Positions 25,299-35,344 of a stretch of DNA of 64,000 bases are shown here, piece by piece. Source of the stretch: Mobula hypostoma. Lineage: Eukaryota. Each line of letters opens with the position of its first letter. The first letter of the stretch is position 1. A program made the position numbers and the translations under genes. Under the pieces are notes generated by a model. The model worked only from the letters and a program-made list of their open reading frames with translations. It was not told where the DNA came from and did no database searches. The stretch lies in contig NC_086097.1 in assembly GCF_963921235.1 (NCBI RefSeq), positions 163,124,001 to 163,188,000 on the forward strand, written 5' to 3'.

Positions 25299-27304
25299 CA
25301 CTCATTACTGATCATTTTCAATCCAGAAGGGTGTTCCACTACTGCAGCAACACAAATGTAGAGATGGGCTCTGTTTCTTGGAGGTCACAGTTGCAAGGTC
25401 GAATTCAAGAGGTTGACTAATCATGGAAATTCTGATGGATTGTCCTGTTTATCCTTGAAAAAAAATAAGTTATATTGGAAAAATTTACAAAAGTGGACAC
25501 TCCTCTTGATGTATTCATCCTAATGCAAATCGAAAGACTCCCTATTATGGCAGAGATGATCCAAAGGGAAACCAGAAAACACCCCAAACTATCTCATGTC
25601 TACATACCCACCCAATGTGCTGGAATGAGCAACTTCTCCATTTTTACCAGTGCCAGGATGAACTTGCCCTTGACAGAGCTAGCCTTATGTGGGGATTGAG
25701 AGTTGTCATTCTATCCAAGCTGAGAGCTAAAATGTTGGAGGAGCCACATGCTGGTCATCTAGGCATAGCCAAAACGAAGGTGTTAGCTTGAAGCTTTGTC
25801 CGGTGGCTTGGGATAGATGAGCAGATCGAGCACCTTGCCGTGCACTGTTCAGTATGCAAACACGTCCAAAAGAAGGCACCTGGAGCTGTCAGAAACACTT
25901 CCTCCAGTCCTAGAGTCAACTACAACCACTGCTGAGGAGGCCCCAGAACCTGAGATTGTTTCACAGCCACAAGTCTCACCTGCCAAACAGAGTGATCCCT
26001 CCCCCTTGCCAGGAAAGACCTTATCCCACAAGAGTAGGAAATTCTCCACAGTGATTAAATCTTTAGGCCTGAATGGGACAATTTAAAATGTATTATGCTG
26101 TGGATGTCTATATAGTAGTTTTATTATATAGTATACAATGTATATACTAGAGATGCATTCTCTATTGTGTTGGAGTTCATAGCTAAACAGGGAGGAGTGT
26201 TGTACATTTATTATTTCAGTAATATTTGAGTAATATTGTTCAGTAAATGCTTTGTTTGATTAAACATTCTTTGTTGTTCAGATAATGTATTGTGGTTATA
26301 TGCAAAAGTACATAAATGGCATATGTCATTATGCTTCCATGTCATATGTACGTGGCTTGCTTAAAGTAAAAATGAAGTTAGACTCACAATCCCAGATCCT
26401 TTGTTTTCCTTTCAATTAGTTTTTATGTTTTGGAATTACAAGAATCTCTAGAATTTCTAGAATCTCCATGGTAAAAAAACAACTAACTTTTAAATTTATC
26501 ATTTCAAACTCATTCTTGTCGATTTTCATCGGGCTGTATAACTTAAACCTTCTATCTGAATATATCTCTGCTTTTGAATCAGGTTTTTCTTGTTGCTTGC
26601 ATCTGTCCATTTCTATATATAGTTGTGTTACTTAAAACATTGAACCTGATCTATATATATATATAAATAACACTGCTCTGATGTGTTAAAACCATTTATT
26701 GCCATAAGACTTGGTAAGTTTTTCTCTCTGATTCTCTTCCCAGCGGCAAACATGCTGTATTTTAATGTTGTTTATTTCACCTTTTGTGATGTCCACGCTC
26801 TTTCCTTGTGTCGCCCATTTACTGAGTTTCATTATTCCTTCGGATTTCTCTCAGCATGCCTCATGGGGTATTGCTTAATGTGATGTCCATGCTTAATCCT
26901 TCCTAATGTTGCAACTTCCTTTTCTTCAACACTTATCTTCCTTTTCTACTCTGTAGATCCTCATATGGGCAAATTCCAAGTGATCATTTATTCACAAGAC
27001 AAACTAGTGACTAATAAACAGTGATTACAGCATATGAGATAAAGACAGATCTATTTTTTACAAGGGACGTGGGCTTCACATTTAATTGCCCATCTCTAAT
27101 TGCCCTTGTGAAAGTGGTGATGAGCTGCCTTCTCAAACCACTACAGTTCCTGAGGTGTGAGTATATCCACAACACCATTGGGGAGGGAGTTCCAAGAATT
27201 TGACCCAATGACAGTAAAAGAATGGTGATATATTTCCAAATTAGAATGGCGTCGTGTGGCTTAAAGAGCAACTTCCTAGTGCTGTCAAACAAATCAGATG
27301 CATG

Positions 27305-27400
27305 TAGCACGCATAAAATGCAGGAGGAACTCAGCAGGCCAGGCAGCATCTATGGAAAAAAATATAGACGACATTTCAGGCAGAGGCCCTTCGGCAGGAC
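27305..27400 (-). mobile_element. Penelope-tail-derived short element
   Basis: aaaatgcaggaggaactcagcaggccaggcagcatctatgg...; rc contains a decayed hammerhead gtcctgccgaagggcctctgcctgaaatgtc. Confidence 0.7.
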
Positions 27401-27504
27401 GCATGTAGTCCGCATTACTCTGATTAGAAACGAGAGTCTGGTTTTATTTTTCTCATCTAACATCTAGATACAGCAAAGTTATTTCCCATGGTACTGCGAC
27501 GCCT

Positions 27505-27835
27505 CACCATGGTAGGTGAGCCTAGGAGAAGAGGGCACGACTTCAGGATTGAAGGACGTCCATTTGGAACAGAGATGCAGAGAAATTACTTTAGTCAGAG
27601 GGTGGTAAATCCATGGAATTTGTTGCCATGAGCGGCTGTGGAGGCCAAGTCATTGGGTGTGTTTAAGGCAGAGATAGATAGGTTCTTGATTAGCCAGGAC
27701 ATCAAAAGGTATGGGGAGAAGGCAGGGGAGCGGGGATGACTGGAAGAATTGGACCAACCCATGATTGAATGGTGGAGCAGACGATGGACCGAATGGCCCA
27801 CTTCTATTCCTATATTTTATGGTCTTATGGTCTTA
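27505..27835 (+). mobile_element. CR1 3' end
   Basis: Reverse-complement match to 20040-20360; tail ttttatggtcttatggtctta. Confidence 0.85.
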
Positions 27836-27896
27836 AAATTGCTCACAATACTCCAAGTGAGGCTTCACCAGTACTTTATAAAGTTTCAACATTTCC

Positions 27897-28570
27897 CGCT
27901 TAACATCCTGGGGATTACCATTGACAGAAAACTGAACTGGTCTAGCCAAGTAATCACTGCGGCTACCAGAGCAGGTCAAAGGTTAGGAATCCTGCGGTGT
28001 ATAACTCATCTCCTGACTTCCCAAAGCCTGTCCACCATCTACAAGGCTCAGGTCAGGAGTGTAATGGAATGCTCGCCACTCACCTGGATGAGTGCAGCTC
28101 CATCAACTCTCAAGAATTTTGACAACATCCAGTACAAGGCAGCCCACTTGATTGGTACCCCTTCCACAAGCATCCAGTCCCTCCACCATTGATGAACAGT
28201 TGCAGCAGTGTGTACTATCTACAAGATGCACTGCAACAACACACTAAAGCTCCTAAGACAGCACCTTCCAGACCCACGACCACTACCATCTAGAAGAATG
28301 AGACCAGCAGATACCTGGGAACACCACCACTTGGAAATCCCCCTCCAAGTCTCTCAACATCCTGACTTGGAAGTATATTGCTGTTCCTTCATTGTCACTC
28401 AGTCAAGATCATGGAAATCCCTCCCTAACAGAACAGTGGGTGCATCTACACCTCAGGGACTGCAGCAGTTCAAGAATATAGTTCATCACCACCTTCTCAA
28501 GTGTGACTAAGAATGGGCAATAAATGCTGGCTTAGCTGGTGATGCCCACATTCCGTAAATGAATAAATTT
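27897..28570 (+). mobile_element. Non-LTR RT C-terminus and 3' UTR (CR1 superfamily, distinct from the main CR1 family)
   Basis: ILGITIDRKLNWSSQV..AGQRLGILR..STIYKAQVRSVMECSP..W; related 3' ends at 27040-27260 (-) and 29040-29180 (+). Confidence 0.75.
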
Positions 28571-29474
28571 CAAAAAATCCATTCTCCTGCCTTCTCCCAT
28601 AACCTTTCACACCCTTACTAATTAAGAACCTGTCAATCTCTATTTTAATTATACCCAATATGACTTGGTTTCCACAGCCGTCTGTTACAATAAATTTCAC
28701 AGATTCACCACCTAGCTAAAGAAATTCCTCCTCATCTCCATTATAAAGGGACATCTTTCTATTCTGAGACTGCACTTTCTGGTCCCAGACTCTCCCACTA
28801 ACTGGACACATTCTCTCCTTTACCACACTAAACGTTGATGCTTCCGTTCCATTCACAGCTGCTTGACCTGCTACAGGAGTTTGACATATGTTGCACTCTC
28901 CTGAGTGTTGCTCCTACTCTCCTCCTACTGTGGAATGAATTAATCTGTGCAAGCAGTGTATAGGACAGCTTTTCACTGTACCTTGGTAAATGTGATACTA
29001 ATAAACCAAACCAAACCAGCCTTCATTGACGCTGAGGCTAAATCATTGTGTTCCCCGCTGAAAGGTTTGTTGGGAGAACCTTCACCGCAAGGATTGCAGT
29101 GGTTCTAAAATGCATCTACTCATGATCTTCTTAACAGCTTTTAGGTATGGGAAATAAATATGAGCTTTGCCAGACATCAGTGCTCTGCAATGTTGGTAGG
29201 TCTTGTTGGGTGATTTTCTGAACAATGTTCACACTGCAGATGGGGCCTAAATCAGAGAGTGCTGGGCAGAATATCCAGGATTTTTCTGAGCAGCACACAC
29301 ATGCAATGCTGAGTTCCTACAGCATTCAGTATGCATTGCTTGGATTTCCAGCATTGACAGATTTTCTCATCTTAAGAATTCTTCTGAGTTATTTTGGGGA
29401 TATACTGGTCTGCAGGGTTAGTGTAGTGCGGCAACTGGGATTGAGCCAACATGGGATGTGTTGTGCTTGGAGGC

Positions 29475-30875
29475 TGGGTGCCTTTAGGCTTCTGTATCTC
29501 CTTCCTGAAGGTAACAATGAGAAGAGGACATGTCCTGAGTGGTGGGAGTCCTTAATGATGGGCACTCCCTTTTTGAGGCACTGCTCACTGAAGGTGTCGT
29601 GGATATTACAAAGGCTAGTACCCGTGATGGAGCTGTCTAATTTTACAACACTCTGTAGCTTACCTTGATCCTGTGCAGTAGCCCCCCGCCCCCACAACCG
29701 CTCCCCCCGCCCTTACCAGACGGTGATGAAGCTGGTTCGATTGCCTCCATGGTATATTTGTAGAAATTTAAGTGTTTCATTTGACATACCAAATCTCTTC
29801 AAACTTCGAATGAAATATAGCTGCTGCCTTGCCTTCTTTATAGCTGCATTGATATGTTGGGACCAGGTTAGGTCCTCAAACACATTAACACCCAGGAACT
29901 TGAAATTGTTTACCCTCTATAAGGATTGAAGAGTGTTTCCTCACCTTGCCCTTCCTGAAGTCCACAATCAGTTCTTGGTTTTAATGACATTGAGTGCAAA
30001 GTTTTTGCTATGACACTACTCAACGAGCTGGTATATCTCACTCCCGTATGCCCTCTTGTCACCACCTGAGATTCTGCCAACAATAGTTGTATCTCCAGCG
30101 AAATTTATGGATGACATTTGAGCTCTGCCTAGCCACACAGTTGTGAGTGTAGAGAGAGTAGAGCAGTGGGCTAAGCACACATCTCTGAGCTGCATCAGTG
30201 TTGATTGTCTGCGAGGTGGAATTGTTTTGATCAATCCACACAGATTGTGGTGTTCAGGTGAGGAAGTCAAGGATCCAGTTGCAGAGGGAGGGACAGAGGC
30301 CCAAGTTCTGTAGCTTTTTGATCAGGACTGTAGGAGCGATGGTGTTAAGCGCTGAGCAATAATCAATAAGCAGCATCCTGACATAGATATTTGTATTGTC
30401 CAGGTGACCCAAGGCCGAGTGGAGAGCCAGTGAGAATGCATCCACTGTAGACCTATTGCGGCAATAGGCAATTTGCATTTGTCCCAGGTCCTTGCTTAGG
30501 CAGGAGTTAATTCTAGCCACGACCAACCTCTCAAAACACTTCAGCACCGTAGGTGTGAGTGCTACTGAACGATAGTTTTTGAGGCAGCTCACACTGCTCT
30601 CTTGGGCACTGGTATAATTGTTTCTCTTTTGAAGCTGGTGGGAACATCTAACTGTACCAGTGAGAGTTGGAAAATGTCCTTGAATGGTCCTGCCAGGTTG
30701 GTTGGCACAAGTTTTCAGAGCCTTACCACGTACTCCATTGGGGCCTGCCACCTTGCGAGGGTTCACCCTCTTGAAAGACAGCCTGACATTGGCTTCCGAG
30801 ACAAAGATCACAGGGTCACCAGGTGTTTCAGTGATTCTCATAGCTGTTGTTTTATTCTCTCTTTCAAAGCGAGGG
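29475..30875 (-). mobile_element. Rex1/Babar-like LINE (RT), interrupted by the Gypsy at 30876 and continuing at 35345-35420
   Basis: ORF 30254-31015 (RVNPRKVAGPNGV, NYRSVALTPTVLKCFERLV, YVRMLLIDYCSALNTI, LCNWILDFLT), 30059-30241 (CVLSPLLYSLYTHNC) and 29389-29697. 'aaaggcattgagctcgcctgggagtgaagcatc' after 35349 continues the frame. Confidence 0.85.
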
Positions 30876-31103
30876 TGTGGTAAAATATATATATGTTGTA
30901 ACTGGGTTAACTGTCTGGACACGCCCCTCTGCTGACTGCCCCTGTGGCTCCTCCCACAGACCCCTGAATAAATGTGTTTCGCCTTGCCCCTCCCCCTCAG
31001 TCCAGGGGCAGACACTCACCATGGAGGTCGTATTGTACAGCGAATAAAAGCCTTTCGGTATTTTACCTAACCTCAGTCTTTTGGAATTATTGAAGGTGCT
31101 TCA
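30876..31103 (+). repeat. 5' LTR
   Basis: Direct repeat of 35117-35344 (about 16 mismatches in 228 by eye); contains AATAAA at 31043-31048. Confidence 0.95.
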
Positions 31104-31129
31104 ATTTTATTCGCTGTACATTTTAAAGC

Positions 31130-32330
31130 ATGGAACATGCACAGAGACCCGACAAATTAGACCTCAATCCGCAAACAGGTGAAGCTGGAAATGCTTTTGA
31201 ACTCTGGCTGGCCTGCTTTGAAACGTACCTAGAGGAGACTAAAGCGACCGACCCCGTAGCGAAGTGCAGAGTTCTACTTTCCAGGGTCAGTCCACGGGTC
31301 TATTCGCTGATTAGAGACCAGCCGAGCTATGATGGCGTGATGAGTGCCCTCAAAAGACAATACCTGCGGCCGATAAACAGCAGCTATGCTCGGCACCGCT
31401 TAGCGACACGGCAACAACGGCCTGGGGAATGAAGTGCTGACTTCGTCCGAGCCCTACAGACACTCGTGCGGGCCTGTAATTGCCAGGAGCTGACGGCGGC
31501 GCAGCATGCAGAGTTCCTAGTGAGAGATGCCTTTGTCACGGGGACCAGGTCAGTGTACGTGTGCCAGCTGCTGTTGGAAAAAGCCGATCTTACTTTAAGT
31601 TCGGCGATCGAGCTGGCCGACCTGCTGGAGGCCGCTCTGCATAACCCTGAGGCTCTCCAGGCACGCGATCCCCCGATGGCCTTGTAGGCGCCACAGACCC
31701 CGCAACCCGCCGGCAAATCAACCCTCAGCTGCCGCCAGTCGCAAGTCCTCGCAACCCACCGGCAAATCGACCCCGGCTGCCACCAGTCGCGAGTCCGCAA
31801 AGTGCTGGAGAAGCACCCCCAGAAATGCTGCCCGGCCCGAGAGGCTACCTGCTCGAGCTGTGGAAAGAAGGGCCACTTCGTGAAGGTCTGTAGGTCCAGG
31901 CCACGAGCGGGATCGAGCAGCGCCGCATGTGAAGCATGGGGGTCGCCATCTTGCCCGCCGCCATCTTCCCTGCACGCCGCCACCACGTGCGAGACATGGG
32001 GGCGGCCATCTTGGTTGGCACCACCTCCCACCGCCTACGACCAACGGGTGCTCACGGTACCCCCACCACGCCGGACCAAGACAGCAACTCAACCTTGGCC
32101 TCCGTGACCCTCGACCAAAGCGCTCGCCACCAGCTCGCAAGGTCAATGATGGACATGCTGGTGGAGGGGCGCAGGACAAGCTGCCTGTTTGACACAGGCA
32201 GCACAGAGAGTTTTATCCACCCGGACACGGTGCAGCATTGCGGATTCATGATACGGCCAGTAAGTCAGAAGGTCGCCATGGCTTCCAGGTCACATACAAC
32301 AGACATCTGGGGGGGGTTGTGTAGCGACAC
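31130..32330 (+). pseudogene. Gypsy gag and aspartic protease (disrupted)
   Basis: MEHAQRPDKLDLNP..FELWLACFETYL; stop at 31430-31432; zinc knuckle CSSCGKKGHFVKVC; protease CLFDTGSTESFI; frameshift near the G-run at ~32310. Confidence 0.85.
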
Positions 32331-32335
32331 TAGTA

Positions 32336-34675
32336 GTGCACGGCACAGAATATCGAGACTTTATGTTAATGGTTATGCCTCAACTGTGTGCCCCTGTGCT
32401 ATCGGGGCTGGACTTCCAGAGCCACCTGAAAAGCGTGACAATGAAATATGATGGGCCCCTCCCACCAATCACTGTCGTAAATCCCCAGTTTTGTCGGAAT
32501 ACGTCACATACCCTGCTACTGACCACACACACACACCGACCCGCACATCCCACCCAACATCATGCCAATTGCCGCACTACTGACACCACTCGCGGCCTCT
32601 CCACCCTCAGGATCCCTCCCCCACCGCTGTTCACCAACCTGACCCCCGACTGTAAACTTGTGGCAACTAAAAGCAGGAGGTACAGCGCGGGGGACAGAGC
32701 TTTCATGAAGTCGGAGGTGCAGCGGCTGCTCAGGGAGGGGGTCATTGAGACAAGCACAAGTCCTTGGAGGGCGCAGGTGGTCATTGTTCGGAACGGGGAG
32801 AAAAATAGGATGGTCGTGGACTATAGCCAGACCATCAATAGGTTCACGCAGCTCACCGCATGCCCTCTACCCCGCATCGCGGATATGGTCAATCAGATAG
32901 CACAATACAAGGTGTACTTGACCATAGACCTAAAATCCGCTTACCATCAGCTCCCCATCCGCCCGGTGGACCGCCCTTACACTGCCTTTGAGGTGGACGG
33001 CAGGCTTTATCAATTCCTGCGTGTCCCCTTCGGTGTCACGAATGGTGTATCTGTCTTCCAGAGGGCAATGGACTGGATGGTGGACCAGTGCCAACTGAAG
33101 GCCACGTTCCCATATCTGGATAACATCACCATCTGCGGTCACGACCGGCAGGATCACGATAACAACCTCCAAAAATTTCTCCAAGTGGCCAAAGCTCTCA
33201 ATCTCACCTATAACAAGGACAAATGTGTGTTCGGAACCACCCGACTTGCTATTCTTGGGTGTGTTGTGGAGAATGGAGTCATTGGCCCTGACCCTGGTCC
33301 TGACCGTATGCGCACCCTGTTGGAACTCCCTCTTCCCAATACCCTCAGAGCCCTCAAAAGGTGCCTGGGCCTCTTTTCATATTACGCCCAATGGGTCCCT
33401 AACTACGCAGACAAGGCCCGCCCCCTGGTCAAGTCCACCACATTCCCTCTCTCAGCCGAGGCCTGCGCGGCCTTCAGCCGCATAAAAGGGGACATTGCCA
33501 AAGCAGCAATGCATGCGGTGGATGAGTCCATTCCCTTCGAAGTGGAGAGTGACGTCTCCGACTTTGCGCTGGCTGCTACCCTCAACCAGGCGGGAAGACC
33601 AGTGGCGTTCTTCTCCCGTACCCTTCAAGGCCCTGAAATTCGGCACTCCGCGATGGAAGAAGAGGCCCAGGCCATAGTGGAAGCTATTAGGCACTGGAGG
33701 CACTATCTCACCAGCAAAAGGTTCACCCTGCTAACTGACCAGCGCTCAGTCGCATTCATGTTTAATAACCAACAGCGGGGCAAAATCAAAAACGACAAAA
33801 TTCTGAGGTGGAGAATCGAACACGCCACCTACAACTATGACATCATGTACAGGCCTGGGAAGCTCAACGAGCCCTCCGATGCCCTATCCTGGGGAACATG
33901 TGCCCTACATGTAGATCTTTGCCACCCAGGAGTCACCCGGCTCTTCCACTTAGTGAAAGCCCGGAACCTGCCTTACTCTCTTGAGGAGATCAGGACGATG
34001 ACCAGGGACTGCCAATTCTGCGCAGAGTGCAAACTGCACTTCTACCGACCCGAAAAGGCACAACTCATCAAGGCCACCCGTCCCTTTGAGCGACTGAGTG
34101 TTGACTTTAAGGGCCCCCTTCCCTCCACCGACCGCAATGTGTACTCTCTTAATGTTATCGACAAGTACTCGCGGTTCCCCTTCACCATCCCCTGCCCCGA
34201 CACCACTACCACGTCAGTTATAAAAGCCCTGCGCAAGCTCTTCACTCTGTTCAGATACCCATGCTATATCCACAGTGATAGAGGGTCCTTGTTTATGAGT
34301 GACGAGCTGCGCCAATACCTACTGGATTTGGGAATTGCAACTAGTAGGACCACAAGCTATAATCCCCGGGGGAATGGACAGGTAGAGAAGGAGAATGGCA
34401 CGGTGTGGAAAGCCACACTCTTAGCCCTCAGGTCAAAGGGACTGTCAGTCTCTCACTGGCAGAAGGTCCTTCCTGAGGCACTCCACTCCATCTGCTCCCT
34501 GTTATGCACATCCACCAATGCCACCCCTCATGAGCGGCTGTTTTCTTTTCCCAGAAAATCGACCACTGGAACCACCCTACCATCTTGGCTGACGTCCCCG
34601 GGGCCAGTGCTGCTCCGGAAACATGCGAGGAGCAATAAATACTCCCCGATGGTCGAGAAGGTTCACTTGAAGTAA
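32336..34675 (+). CDS. Gypsy pol (RT, RNase H, integrase), 779-aa open frame, C-terminally truncated
   Basis: SPWRAQVVIV, RMVVDY, IDLKSAYHQ, RVPFGVTNG, YLDN; RNase H ESDVSD..AFFSRTL..TDQRS; integrase H-x4-H..CxxC, VDFKGP, HSDRG, GNGQVEKEN. The listed start is not a true initiator (polyprotein). Confidence 0.9.
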   Translation: MHGTEYRDFMLMVMPQLCAPVLSGLDFQSHLKSVTMKYDGPLPPITVVNPQFCRNTSHTLLLTTHTHRPAHPTQHHANCRTTDTTRGLSTLRIPPPPLFTNLTPDCKLVATKSRRYSAGDRAFMKSEVQRLLREGVIETSTSPWRAQVVIVRNGEKNRMVVDYSQTINRFTQLTACPLPRIADMVNQIAQYKVYLTIDLKSAYHQLPIRPVDRPYTAFEVDGRLYQFLRVPFGVTNGVSVFQRAMDWMVDQCQLKATFPYLDNITICGHDRQDHDNNLQKFLQVAKALNLTYNKDKCVFGTTRLAILGCVVENGVIGPDPGPDRMRTLLELPLPNTLRALKRCLGLFSYYAQWVPNYADKARPLVKSTTFPLSAEACAAFSRIKGDIAKAAMHAVDESIPFEVESDVSDFALAATLNQAGRPVAFFSRTLQGPEIRHSAMEEEAQAIVEAIRHWRHYLTSKRFTLLTDQRSVAFMFNNQQRGKIKNDKILRWRIEHATYNYDIMYRPGKLNEPSDALSWGTCALHVDLCHPGVTRLFHLVKARNLPYSLEEIRTMTRDCQFCAECKLHFYRPEKAQLIKATRPFERLSVDFKGPLPSTDRNVYSLNVIDKYSRFPFTIPCPDTTTTSVIKALRKLFTLFRYPCYIHSDRGSLFMSDELRQYLLDLGIATSRTTSYNPRGNGQVEKENGTVWKATLLALRSKGLSVSHWQKVLPEALHSICSLLCTSTNATPHERLFSFPRKSTTGTTLPSWLTSPGPVLLRKHARSNKYSPMVEKVHLK

Positions 34676-35116
34676 GTGAACCTTACTTCAAGTGAACCCT
34701 CAGTATGCCTGTGGTTTTACCTGATGGACGGGAGGACACGGTCTCCATCCACGACCTAGCGCCCGCAGGAGCACGGGGCCCCTACCCTGAACACTCCGTG
34801 GTGACTATTGACCACGTACCCACCGATGTATGTACCCACGAGACACCGTGCATCCAAACCCTACACAGACACCACACGACACTCCCATACTGGGTGCGAC
34901 GCACACGCACGAGGGATTAACAATGCCTAACATGCTGGCACCTCAAGTCAGGCTGGAGCCAACACAATCACCGTCACCAATGCAATCACCACCATTGCTA
35001 CATAGATCACAGCGACGGACTCGACTGCCTGATAGACTTAACCTGTAAATATACTTGTTGTAAATATTGTCGGTCACTTCACCCCGCGGGACTCTTTCTA
35101 AAAAAGGAGGGGTGAA

Positions 35117-35344
35117 TGTGGTAAACCATATATATGTTGTAACGGGGTTAACTGTCTGGACACGCCCCTCTGCTGACTGCCCCCGTGGCTCCTCCCACAG
35201 GATGCTGTATAAATGTGTTTCGCCTTGCCCCTCCCCCTCAGTCTGGGGGCAGACACTCACTATGGAGGTCTTATTGTACAGCGAATAAAAGCCTTTTGGT
35301 ATTTTTCCTAACCTCAGTCTTTTGGAGTTATTGAAGGTGCTTCA
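35117..35344 (+). repeat. 3' LTR
   Basis: Direct repeat of 30876-31103, preceded by the PPT and followed by the TSD. Confidence 0.95.

Larger units (their letters stand above)
19924..26445 (+). mobile_element. Old, decayed Gypsy (Mag-like) LTR retrotransposon with tRNA-Ser PBS, carrying nested insertions
   Basis: 5' LTR ~19924-20040 plus ~21785-21912 (split by a CR1). PBS TGGTGACGAGGA at 21914-21925, complementary to tRNA-Ser(GCU) 3' end TGGCGACGAGGA with one CpG transition. gag 22158- (MAGYIEKID..NW..IELYVKANEI), RT pieces 23454-24100 (ATPVVLVAKKNGSFRVCGNF, YPLPRIED), RNase H/IN remnants to ~25870, PPT aaacagggaggag, 3' LTR from 26198. Confidence 0.85.
30876..35344 (+). mobile_element. Full-length Ty3/Gypsy LTR retrotransposon
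   Basis: 228-bp LTRs 30876-31103 and 35117-35344 (TG...CA), 5-bp TSD GAGGG (30871-30875, 35345-35349), PPT aaaaaaggaggggtgaa, gag-PR-RT-RH-IN order. Confidence 0.97.

Noticed and set aside
26441..26466. Heat-shock-element-like agaatctctagaatttctagaatctc
   Set aside because: Only two correctly spaced nGAAn units; better explained as a short tandem duplication at an LTR end.
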